In this document: in pieces, positions 19,338-28,370 of the stretch
Position numbering within the stretch: the first letter of the stretch is position 1
How the letters are laid out: each line of letters starts with the position of its first letter
Assembly: GCA_047626445.1 (NCBI GenBank)
Contig: JBLHRW010000001.1
Location: forward strand, 1 to 56,507
Length of the DNA stretch: 56,507 nt
DNA from: Neolewinella sp.
GTDB lineage: Bacteria > Bacteroidota > Bacteroidia > Chitinophagales > Saprospiraceae
Reading direction: 5' to 3'
Notes under the pieces: generated by a model
What the model was told of the DNA's origin: nothing
Seen by the model: the letters and a program-made list of their open reading frames with translations, nothing else
Database searches by the model: none
Translations under genes and position numbers: made by a program

Positions 19338-20960
19338 TTAAACTAATTGGAATTCGGCGAGGCTGAAGATGGCGCGGAACAGGTCACGGAGTTTGGCCTC
19401 CACGCTGGCGGCCAGGTCTTCGTCGTTGGGGTTGGAAATATGGTCTCCGTACTCCACCGTCCATTCGAAATCCGGCAAACCGGGAATCAACGCCTCTTTC
19501 AGGTTGGCGAGCTGCCCGTCGGTAAGGGAGCGGGGCAATAGCCGTTCGATAATGCCGGCAATGAGCTCGTTCGGATCCGTAGCGTTGGGGAGCTGTTTGA
19601 TCCAGCCCAGGTAGTCGTATTTGGCACGCACGCCATTCCCAACCCCAGTTCCGCTGGCACTGGTCATGGTTTGGGTGAAGCGGGTACGCTCCTGGAGTGT
19701 GCTGCTGTTGATCCAGATGCGGGAAAAACCCGGTGCCTGATAGTACGCCTCCCATCCGGCCACCGAGGGCGGGTCGAAGTAGTCCATATCCATGAGGCCC
19801 GCACGGGTGTAGTAGTAAACGAGCAGCCGCCGTTCTTGCTCCAGGGTAAAGTCGCCGATCTGGTAATCGTGGTTAAAGGAACGAAGGAGACCGCCGACCA
19901 ACTGAAGCGGGTTCTTGATCATCGGCCCCTGGTTATCGACGTCGTAAAAGTGTTGACTCATGAAGAGGGCGCGGAGCACGGGCTTGATTTCAAAGTCATT
20001 ATCCTCAAGAACCTGTGCCATCGCTTCCACGACCTCGTTTTCTTCTTGCGCCGATATTTTGTAGTAGACGAAGTGGCGATACAGCTTCTGACAAATGTAC
20101 CGGGCTACGGCTGGTTGCTGGAAGATGCGGTCAATCACCTGCTGGTACTCGTTTTCGTCACCGTTGGTGATCACGTCGTTGTTAAAGTGGTAGCTGAGTT
20201 GCTTGTCGGTGGTGTCGTGCCGGTTGGCCTGAAAGTAGGCTTCGGGAAAGTCTCCCTGTGCGGTGCTGTAAAAATTCCTGGTACGCCAGCCAGTAAAGGC
20301 GCGGGCCAGGGCGCGGACGTCGTCTTCGGTGTAGTTGGTGTAATCTCCCTCGGCGATCTGCGGCCCTTTGCCAAGCGTGAAAAGTTCGAGTACCTCCCGG
20401 GCGTAGTTCTCATTCGGAGAGTTGGCCGAATTCTGATTGCCATTAAGGAAGACCAACATCGCTTTATCGATGGTGATTCGTTTCACCAGCTCCTTGACGT
20501 TGCCAAGGGCGAATTCTTCTATTAGCATATGATAATCGAGGCGAACCTGGGCCTGGCCACCACCCGCAATGGCAAAGTGGTTGGCCCAAAATTCTGCCAT
20601 CCGCTCTCGTACCGAAAGACGCTCCTTACGAATGTTGTCAATGATCCAGGAACGAAGCGATTGACTACGGTACTGATTGAGGTTCACCCCGGCAACCAGA
20701 GGTTGGCCACTCCAGGGGGCACCAAGAGGGACGTTAGGGTCTAGGTCAGAATTATAATTGATCGGTGAATCTGGTAGTGGCTGGTCTGACAATAGCAGCT
20801 CAACAGCCTCCGCCATCTCTATCCCGGTAAGTTGTTCCAGCTCGTCAGGGACCAGCCCAAAGCCGGTGCGTCGGAGCAGGTGTGCAGCCTGCGTGGCCGT
20901 CCATTCGCCGGCGTAGGGGGCGAGGCCCGTCAGGACCGGAGCTAATAAAGATTTTCCCAT
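19338..20960 (-). CDS. DUF1800 domain protein
   Basis: AAHLLRRTGFG, FWANHF, NENYAREVLELFTLG, PPSVAGW; canonical partner of DUF1501. Confidence 0.88.
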   Translation of the reverse strand: MGKSLLAPVLTGLAPYAGEWTATQAAHLLRRTGFGLVPDELEQLTGIEMAEAVELLLSDQPLPDSPINYNSDLDPNVPLGAPWSGQPLVAGVNLNQYRSQSLRSWIIDNIRKERLSVRERMAEFWANHFAIAGGGQAQVRLDYHMLIEEFALGNVKELVKRITIDKAMLVFLNGNQNSANSPNENYAREVLELFTLGKGPQIAEGDYTNYTEDDVRALARAFTGWRTRNFYSTAQGDFPEAYFQANRHDTTDKQLSYHFNNDVITNGDENEYQQVIDRIFQQPAVARYICQKLYRHFVYYKISAQEENEVVEAMAQVLEDNDFEIKPVLRALFMSQHFYDVDNQGPMIKNPLQLVGGLLRSFNHDYQIGDFTLEQERRLLVYYYTRAGLMDMDYFDPPSVAGWEAYYQAPGFSRIWINSSTLQERTRFTQTMTSASGTGVGNGVRAKYDYLGWIKQLPNATDPNELIAGIIERLLPRSLTDGQLANLKEALIPGLPDFEWTVEYGDHISNPNDEDLAASVEAKLRDLFRAIFSLAEFQLV

Positions 20961-21397
20961 TAGGCAATGATTGCGTTAGGTGAACAATGTACTAGGAGAG
21001 AAGTCCGATCGCAACTGATCGTTTGGATAAGCTTGTTTCGGCAGAATATCCACTAAACAGGCAGGTGAAATTAACTACTGACCGCTGCTTATGCAAGCCT
21101 TGTCTTATCAAGGAACGCTTTCTCTCTATATTTATAACCCCTAACCTCGGGTTTACCCTACCTTCGAACCTCGAGGCGTCCCGCAGGGCCTTTTGGAGAG
21201 AGAGGTGGGAGGCGAAGTTGCAGAGGTCCCACAAGCGAAGCAAGCATCCTCGTGCGGCAGCCTACCAGACTACTAAATTAACGGACTATAAGACTCATCA
21301 GGGCGCGGACGCAGGTGCAAGGGAAGGTTGATGAAGAGCAGGATGGTGCGATTAATTTTGTCCGAGTACTTAGGGACGCCGTACAAATAACTTACGC

Positions 21398-22279
21398 CTT
21401 TTTGCCCTTTGCCCCTTACTTGCCCAGGAACCCTGCACCCTGATCCGCCCCGCCCGCGTATTCGACGGCGAGAATTTTCAGGAAGGCAAGGTCGTCCTCC
21501 TTCTGAACGATCAAATCGCGGCCTTTGACGTCGAGAAGAACGTCGATGTCCCCGCAGGCTGCGCCACGCTCGACTTCCCCGACGGCACCCTCCTGCCCGG
21601 CATGATTGAAGGTCACAGCCACCTCCTGCTCCACCCTTACAACGAAACCGACTGGAACGACCAGATGCTCAAAAAATCTTACGCCGAGCGCGCCATTCGA
21701 GGGGGCGTCCATGCAGGAAAAACGGTTCGTGCCGGCTTCATCACCGTCCATGATCTTGGCTCGGAAGGCGCCGGCTACGTCGACGTCGGACTGAAGGAAA
21801 CCATCGAAAAAGGCATCATCCAGGGGCCGCGCATGATCGTGGCCGGTAAGGCAATGGTGACCACCGGTAGCTACGGCCCGAAAGGCTTTGCCGACCACGT
21901 TACGGTACCCCTCGGCGCGGAAACTGCCGATGGACTCGATGAGCTCACCCGCGTCGTTCGCGACCAGATCGGGCGGGGAGCAGATGTCATCAACGTCTAT
22001 GCCGACTATCGTTGGGGCGCCAACAAAATGGCCCAACCTACCTACACGCAGCGCGAACTGGAACTGGTGGTAGAAATCGCCAACAGCCGCCGCCGGCAGG
22101 TCGTTGCCCACGCCGCCTCCGCTGAAGGCATGCGCCGCGCCGTAATGGCCGGGGTCGCTACCATCGAACACGGAGACGGCGGCACCCGCGAGGTCTTCGA
22201 ATTGATGAAAGAACACGGCGTCGCCCTTTGCCCGATCCTGGCTTTATCGAAGTCTTCATCACTTAGGGATGGGGATTAA
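21398..22279 (+). pseudogene. Truncated Xaa-Pro dipeptidase-like amidohydrolase
   Basis: Frame is open upstream of 21602 (LFALCPLLAQE...RVFDGE...LLPGMIEGHSH) back to a MITE end with no start codon; C-terminal part missing after ALCP. Confidence 0.75.
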
Positions 22280-22440
22280 ATAAAGTGTCATTCTTGATCT
22301 GGTGAATTTTGGCTGCTGCTGAGGCAAAAAACGTAGGCAACACCGTAGTGTTAGCGAGGCTTTTTAACGAAGCCAGCGGAGTAACAGGGCTTTACCCCTT
22401 CCACGTGCGGCAGCCCTACCAGATTACCAGACCATAAGAC

Positions 22441-22448
22441 TATCTTTG
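22441..22448 (+). promoter_or_regulatory. Bacteroidota -7 promoter element TATCTTTG
   Basis: Exact TAnnTTTG match ending 5 nt before ATG 22454. Confidence 0.55.
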
Positions 22449-22453
22449 CTCCC

Positions 22454-23491
22454 ATGGCCAAGCTATACCCCAAAGACACCCTAAATTTCCTAAGTAAACT
22501 GACGCCGCGCCGCGTCGTCAATGCCGTAAAGGTGATCGCGAGCTACTACGCCACCCGATGGCTGCAGCGACCAACGGTATGGGGTAAACCCTTTACCGTG
22601 TCCTTTGAGCCAACCACGGCCTGTAACCTCCGGTGCCCCGAGTGCCCCAGTGGCCTGCGCCAGTTTACCCGGCCTACCGGAAATCTGAAAGCTAATTTCT
22701 TCCACCGCACGATGGACGACATCGCCGATCAGCTGCTTTACCTCATCTTTTACTTCCAGGGCGAGCCGTACATCAACCCAGACTTCCTGGATATGGTTAA
22801 GGATGCTTCCGACCGGGGGGTGTACACCATCACTTCCACCAACGGCCACTTCCTCAACGATACCAATGCTAAACGGACGATCGAAAGTGGCCTCGACCGC
22901 CTCATCATCTCCGTTGACGGGACGACGCAGGAGGTATATGAGCAATACCGTAAAGCTGGTAAACTGGAGTCTGTCCTCCAGGGCGCCCGTAATTTGGTGA
23001 AGTGGAAGGAGGAACTCAACAGCCCCACGCCTCACCTCATTTTTCAGTTCCTGGTTGTCAAACCTAACGAACACCAGATGGAGGACGTCGTCCGCCTCGC
23101 CGACGAAATCGGGGTCGATGAAGTGAAATTCAAGACCGCCCAACTCTACGACTACGAAAACGGTAACCCCCTGATGCCGACCGACGAGAAGTACGCCCGC
23201 TACTACAAAAAAGAAGACGGTACCTACGGCCAGAAGAACAAAATGCAGAACCATTGCTGGAAACTCTGGCACAGTTGCGTCATCACTTGGGACGGTCTGG
23301 TGGCCCCGTGCTGCTTCGATAAAGACGTTACCCACCGACTCGGCGACGTTAAGGAGGAAAGCCTCAACCAGGTTTGGGAAGGCGCGGCCTACGATGACTT
23401 TCGGACCAAACTCCTCAAAGGACGTGCAGAGATTGACATTTGTCAAAATTGTACGGAGGGGTGTGAAGTTTGGATTGGGGCGGAGGTTTAG
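22454..23491 (+). CDS. Radical SAM protein with SPASM/twitch domain
   Basis: CNLRCPEC motif; C-terminal C...CCFD...CQNC cluster. Confidence 0.9.
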   Translation: MAKLYPKDTLNFLSKLTPRRVVNAVKVIASYYATRWLQRPTVWGKPFTVSFEPTTACNLRCPECPSGLRQFTRPTGNLKANFFHRTMDDIADQLLYLIFYFQGEPYINPDFLDMVKDASDRGVYTITSTNGHFLNDTNAKRTIESGLDRLIISVDGTTQEVYEQYRKAGKLESVLQGARNLVKWKEELNSPTPHLIFQFLVVKPNEHQMEDVVRLADEIGVDEVKFKTAQLYDYENGNPLMPTDEKYARYYKKEDGTYGQKNKMQNHCWKLWHSCVITWDGLVAPCCFDKDVTHRLGDVKEESLNQVWEGAAYDDFRTKLLKGRAEIDICQNCTEGCEVWIGAEV

Positions 23492-23733
23492 TCTGGGAGT
23501 CAAGGAGTCAGATAGCCAAGGAGTCAAGCATTGAACTATACTACTGTCGATCACTTGAGGTGAAAATGTGTTCGCGCTAGCGAATACGTCCCTTCTACGC
23601 AATGCCTGAAGGGGCGATCTCTTGCGGTCGCCCTCAGGCAATTCGTATTTTTACCTCATGTGCCTGCGTCTAGTATAGCGTGAAAAATAAAAGCGTTTGT
23701 TCTTGGAAAACCCCTTAAGTTTACGCAACTTTT

Positions 23734-24096
23734 ATGAACCTATTCCTCCGACTATATTACTTGCTGCTTGTTGTCTTGCTTCCGATTGGGAGTCAGGCTG
23801 GGGTGGTTATCGTAGACCATGCACTTGGGGAGGATACTTTTCTGACAGTTAGTGATGCGACCAACCCTCAGGTAACGGTATTGCATATTATCCTGGTGCA
23901 GGATAACGACCTGCGGGAGCTGCGGGAAGAAACACTGGAAGAGGAAGAAGAACCTACCGACAAGGCCCGACCCACGGCCTTTCAGTACCCCGTAGTTGAT
24001 TGTAGGCCGGAGTGGAATGCTTTTGTCTTCCACGCATGCGGTCCGCAATTATTTAAGCGGTACCTCCATTTTCATGCGCTTAAGTTGTTTTGCTAA
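23734..24096 (+). CDS. Small hypothetical protein with signal peptide and Glu-rich tract, upstream of the SulP-DabA gene
   Basis: Hydrophobic N-terminus ending GSQA, EETLEEEEE, C-terminal KRYLHFHALKLFC. Confidence 0.55.
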   Translation: MNLFLRLYYLLLVVLLPIGSQAGVVIVDHALGEDTFLTVSDATNPQVTVLHIILVQDNDLRELREETLEEEEEPTDKARPTAFQYPVVDCRPEWNAFVFHACGPQLFKRYLHFHALKLFC

Positions 24097-24196
24097 ACAC
24101 ATTTATTTTCTGGATTTATCCAGACTGAATAAATCGTTTCCCCCTCTATTATAGAGTTGCGGGAGCCGATAGGTGTTTCAATAAAGCAATAGATAA

Positions 24197-27100
24197 GTGA
24201 ATCAACAAAATAATGTGCTCCCCACGCCCAAAGATTGGCTGGCGGGGCTAAAGGAGAATTTTGTCTCCGACCTAACTGCGGGCTTCGTGGTATTCCTCCT
24301 TGCCTTACCTCTTAGTCTTGGCATCGCCAAGGCATCCGATTTTCCACCCGTAATGGGACTCGTCTCCGCCATTATCGGCGGTTTATTGGCGACCTTTCTT
24401 ACCGGTAGTAAACTGACGATTAAAGGCCCCGCTGCAGGCCTGATCGTGATCGTGGCTGGTGCCGTAGCCGAATTTGGCGGCGGTACTACCGGCTGGCAAC
24501 TTACCCTGGGCGTAATGGTAGTGGCCGGCCTGCTGCAGATTGTCTTCGGGTTGTTAAAGTTCGGCAAGTTTGTCGACTTTTTCCCGCTTGCTGCCGTGCA
24601 TGGTATGCTGGCGGCAATTGGCCTGATCATCATCGCCAAGCAGTTGCCAGTGATGTTGAACGTAGACCCTGGCCTAATGAAGGGGAAAGGTCCGCTGGAG
24701 CTTTTCGCTTCGATCCCGGAGTTCTTTGTGAACCTGGACCCCAAAGTTTCCATCATCGGTGGTGTCAGCTTGGCAATTATGCTAGGTTGGGGCTTTGTAA
24801 AGCACCGGATCCTGAAGCAAATCCCGGCCCCTCTACTGGTGCTACTTTTTGCCATCCCCGCCGGTCTTTACTACAACTTGGCAGCTTCCCCTTCCTACAC
24901 ACTCGTTAAGGTGGGAAACCTGGTGGAACAGGTCGGCTACCAGGCTGATTTTTCCGGCATCTCCATGCTGGGCGTTTTTATTAAATACGTCATTATGGTT
25001 GCCCTGGTGGGTAGCTTAGAAAGCTTACTGACGGTAAAAGCCATCGACCAGCTTGATCCCTGGAAAAGAAAGTCTGACCCGAATAAGGACATTATTGCCG
25101 TGGGTGTTGCTAATACTTTTGCGGCCTTTATTGGAGGTATTCCGATGATTTCTGAGGTAGCACGTAGCTCTGCCAACGTCGCTCAGGGTGGTCGGACCCG
25201 CTGGGCTAACTTCTTTCACGGTGTTTTCTTGTTGGGCTTTGCCTTACTGGCCTACCCCTTACTAGAAATGATTCCAAACGCGGCCCTGGCGGCTATGCTG
25301 ATTACCGTTGGGATCAAGTTGGCTCACCCTAAGGCGTTTTTACACACTTACCAGATCGGGCCAGAACAACTCGCGGTCTTCGTAACGACAATCTTCTTTA
25401 CACTCTTTGAAGACTTACTCGTCGGTATTGCCGCGGGTATTGCGCTGAAGATCGTGATCCACCTGTTCCGGGGGGCTTCCTTAAAGTCGCTTTTCCGCTC
25501 GAATACCCAACTGGACGATGACGGGGAGAACGTGACACTCACTATGGGAGAAGCTGCTTTATTCACCAATTACCTCGGACTTAAGAAAATTATAGACAAG
25601 ATTCCAGAGGGTCGACAGGTGAAAATTCTGTTGGGTAATACCCGCCTGATTGACCACTCCGTAATGGAAAACCTCCACCACTTCGAAGAAGACTACGCTC
25701 GCTCCGGCGGTCATGTTATCCTCGTCGGTTTGGATGGTATGCGCTCCGTTTCCAGTCACCCACTAGCGGCGCGGGTGATGGCTGGTAAAGTGGGGCAAGT
25801 ACCTCTTGCGGCCACTACGCCTACTTCTATCGGTCATTTTGATGAAGCACACGTACTGCACGAACTCGCGCACTACCTGCCCGGGCAGTTGGCGCTGAAA
25901 GACTTCGTTCACCACAACTCCCTGCACGCTTTTCAGGACGAGGAATTTTTTACGGGGATATTCAAAGCTTCCCGGATGTTTGGCATTCAAGCGACCTTCA
26001 GCCTCAACGAGTACCGTAAACTTTACGCTCAGGGGCGCATCCGTCCCGAAATACTAAAACGGGTTGTTGAAGAACAAAAAGGGGCTGAAAATGTAAATGC
26101 TTGGTTGATCAGACTGCTGGAAACCAAGTACAACCAGCCCCACAACCCTAAGGTGGGGCGCCTTCGTGCCGGCTGGAAAGAGAACTACGTTATTGACCTC
26201 GACAACCAGGTGCAACCGATTCTTTTCCGAATTCTGGGCAGCTACCTGGATCAGGGTATCGCCCTTTGGCATTTCCCTTTTGAAGACCAGGGATTAATCA
26301 GTGCTATCCGGAAGCTGGAAGAAAACAGTTTTACCAGCTTCTTCCGGTCAAAACGTGCCAAACAACTCTTGTCTGTAGAAGACCTTAGCCTGAAAAAGCT
26401 ATTGGATTTGGTCGTCGGCCAACCGGCGTTTTATGAAAATTACCTTTTTGACCAACAATTCGCCCATAAGGGCTGGAGTGGCTTTGTCGCTGCAGTGGAG
26501 GGTACGCCCGATACCCTGCTCTACCAAAAAAAGGTGAGTCTGCATGACTTGCTGCTGCTGGAACTGTTGCTGGAAATAGATGCCCTAGATACGGTATTGG
26601 GCAGCAAATGGCAACCGCTGGCCGCCGGCCGTACAGACACCCCCGAGAACTACTTCGCTGACGCCCCCGCCAGTGAACGGGAAGAAGTCCTGAAGCTCTG
26701 GCAATGCGCCTTTGAAATGGACTATTACGATGATGTGCTCAGCGGGTTGGATCAACTGGCCAAAAAGCCTCAGTTGGAGCGTCCCATCGTTCCTTCATTT
26801 CAATCCATGTTTTGTATCGACGACCGGGAAGACTCTCTACGTCGGCACCTGGAAGAAGTAGACCCGAACTGCCAGACCCTCGGTGCTCCGGGGTATTATG
26901 GTGCCGCTATTTACTTTCAGCCTTTTGGGGGCAAATTTTACGAGAAGAATTGCCCCGCCCCGATAACGCCCCGTCACTTGATCAAAGAAGTGGCAGTTAC
27001 AACAACCCGTGGTCGCGAGCATTTTCAGGATAACCGCTCCCATACCATTTTTCGGGGGTTCCTGGCAACATTGTCGCTAGGCCTTTGGGCCAGCGTGCGA

Positions 27101-28357
27101 TTGATTCTGGACCAATTTCGGCCGCAGATGCGGCCAGACATCGCCGATGCCTTCAGCCACATGGACCCGGCGGGAGAATTACTGATTGAGAACGTTGACC
27201 TCAACCAAAAGGAAAACGGACTGCAGGTTGGCTACACGGTACCAGAAATGGCCGACGTCGTGGCGGGAATCTTGACAACCACTGGGTTTACGGATAACTT
27301 TGCGCCCCTCGTTTACGTCGTTGCCCACGGCAGTAGTAGTGCTAATAACCCACACCACGGCGCCCACGATTGCGGCGCTTGTAGCGGTCGCCCAGGAGCC
27401 ATAAACGCGCGAGTGTTTGCCTTCATGGCCAACCATCCCGAGGTTCGTCTGCTGCTGCAAAAACAATCATTGCACCTGCCTGCGGGCCTCCAATTTGTTG
27501 GCGGAATGCACGATACGGCCAGTGATGAGATCATGTGGTACGACGAGCAAATTCTGATGGCGGAAAACGCAAGCCTGCACCGAAAGCACGTTGCGACTTT
27601 CGAAACAGCCCTGGACCTGAATGCCCGGGAACGGAGCCGCCGGTTCGCATCCATCGACCATACGCGCGACATCAAAAAGGTACGCCGCGATATTAAAAAC
27701 CGTTCCGTCTCTTACTTCGAGCCGCGTCCGGAACTTGGCCACGGCACCAATGCGCTCTGCTACGTTGGTAACCGCGCACGCATGAAGAACCTATTTCTCG
27801 ACCGCCGGGCATTCCTGCAATCTTATGATTACCTCCAGGATTCTGATGGCGCTGTATTGACCAAAGTGATGGCCCCGCTACCCATCGTCTGTGGCGGTAT
27901 CAACCTGGAGTATTACTTCTCCCGGATGGACATCGAGAAGATGGGGGCTGGTACCAAACTCCCTCATAATGTGATGGGGCTCTTTGGTGTAGCTAACAGC
28001 TCCGATGGTGACCTGCGGACAGGGTTACCGTTGCAAATGATCGAAAACCACGACCCGGTCCGCCTGCTTATGATCGTTGAGCAACGCCCGAAAATTCTGA
28101 TGAAAGTCATCAAAGCCGACCAGGCGATCTATGACTGGTTTGATAAAGGATGGATTCACCTGGTCGCGCTGTCGCCCGATGATTGGAATTGCTACCGATT
28201 CAATAATGGTCAGTTTGAGCGGTACAAGCCACTTAAGGAGGTGACCAATACTAAGGACATTCAAGGCGTCATTGTTAATTCGCCGGAGATGACTACGAAC
28301 CACATTCTTGACGCGACCAAGGAGAACATCCCCGTTCACGTTTTCGATACCCTTTAA
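24197..28357 (+). CDS. dabA: SulP anion transporter + STAS-like domain fused to DabA (DUF2309) inorganic carbon pump subunit
   Basis: SulP motifs (DLTAGFVVFLLALPLSLGIA, GPAAGL, GSLESLL, EVARSSAN) in aa 1-430; DabA motifs HYLP, FVHHNSL, FCIDDRE, AHGS, CGAC, GINLEYYFS, GDLRTGLP; GTG start. Confidence 0.88.
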   Translation: MNQQNNVLPTPKDWLAGLKENFVSDLTAGFVVFLLALPLSLGIAKASDFPPVMGLVSAIIGGLLATFLTGSKLTIKGPAAGLIVIVAGAVAEFGGGTTGWQLTLGVMVVAGLLQIVFGLLKFGKFVDFFPLAAVHGMLAAIGLIIIAKQLPVMLNVDPGLMKGKGPLELFASIPEFFVNLDPKVSIIGGVSLAIMLGWGFVKHRILKQIPAPLLVLLFAIPAGLYYNLAASPSYTLVKVGNLVEQVGYQADFSGISMLGVFIKYVIMVALVGSLESLLTVKAIDQLDPWKRKSDPNKDIIAVGVANTFAAFIGGIPMISEVARSSANVAQGGRTRWANFFHGVFLLGFALLAYPLLEMIPNAALAAMLITVGIKLAHPKAFLHTYQIGPEQLAVFVTTIFFTLFEDLLVGIAAGIALKIVIHLFRGASLKSLFRSNTQLDDDGENVTLTMGEAALFTNYLGLKKIIDKIPEGRQVKILLGNTRLIDHSVMENLHHFEEDYARSGGHVILVGLDGMRSVSSHPLAARVMAGKVGQVPLAATTPTSIGHFDEAHVLHELAHYLPGQLALKDFVHHNSLHAFQDEEFFTGIFKASRMFGIQATFSLNEYRKLYAQGRIRPEILKRVVEEQKGAENVNAWLIRLLETKYNQPHNPKVGRLRAGWKENYVIDLDNQVQPILFRILGSYLDQGIALWHFPFEDQGLISAIRKLEENSFTSFFRSKRAKQLLSVEDLSLKKLLDLVVGQPAFYENYLFDQQFAHKGWSGFVAAVEGTPDTLLYQKKVSLHDLLLLELLLEIDALDTVLGSKWQPLAAGRTDTPENYFADAPASEREEVLKLWQCAFEMDYYDDVLSGLDQLAKKPQLERPIVPSFQSMFCIDDREDSLRRHLEEVDPNCQTLGAPGYYGAAIYFQPFGGKFYEKNCPAPITPRHLIKEVAVTTTRGREHFQDNRSHTIFRGFLATLSLGLWASVRLILDQFRPQMRPDIADAFSHMDPAGELLIENVDLNQKENGLQVGYTVPEMADVVAGILTTTGFTDNFAPLVYVVAHGSSSANNPHHGAHDCGACSGRPGAINARVFAFMANHPEVRLLLQKQSLHLPAGLQFVGGMHDTASDEIMWYDEQILMAENASLHRKHVATFETALDLNARERSRRFASIDHTRDIKKVRRDIKNRSVSYFEPRPELGHGTNALCYVGNRARMKNLFLDRRAFLQSYDYLQDSDGAVLTKVMAPLPIVCGGINLEYYFSRMDIEKMGAGTKLPHNVMGLFGVANSSDGDLRTGLPLQMIENHDPVRLLMIVEQRPKILMKVIKADQAIYDWFDKGWIHLVALSPDDWNCYRFNNGQFERYKPLKEVTNTKDIQGVIVNSPEMTTNHILDATKENIPVHVFDTL

Positions 28358-28370
28358 AAGCCCCTTAACC

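Noticed and set aside
21023-21331. 102-aa ORF upstream of DUF1800
   Set aside because: TTG start, crosses tandem and dispersed repeats, no motifs
22490-23641. 383-aa antisense ORF (similarly 19671-20525, 21416-22216, 47582-48244)
   Set aside because: Opposite-strand shadows of well-supported genes
28308-28370. ORF-track start of dabB overlapping dabA
   Set aside because: TTG start inside dabA; ATG at 28371 precedes the first TM helix and fits better
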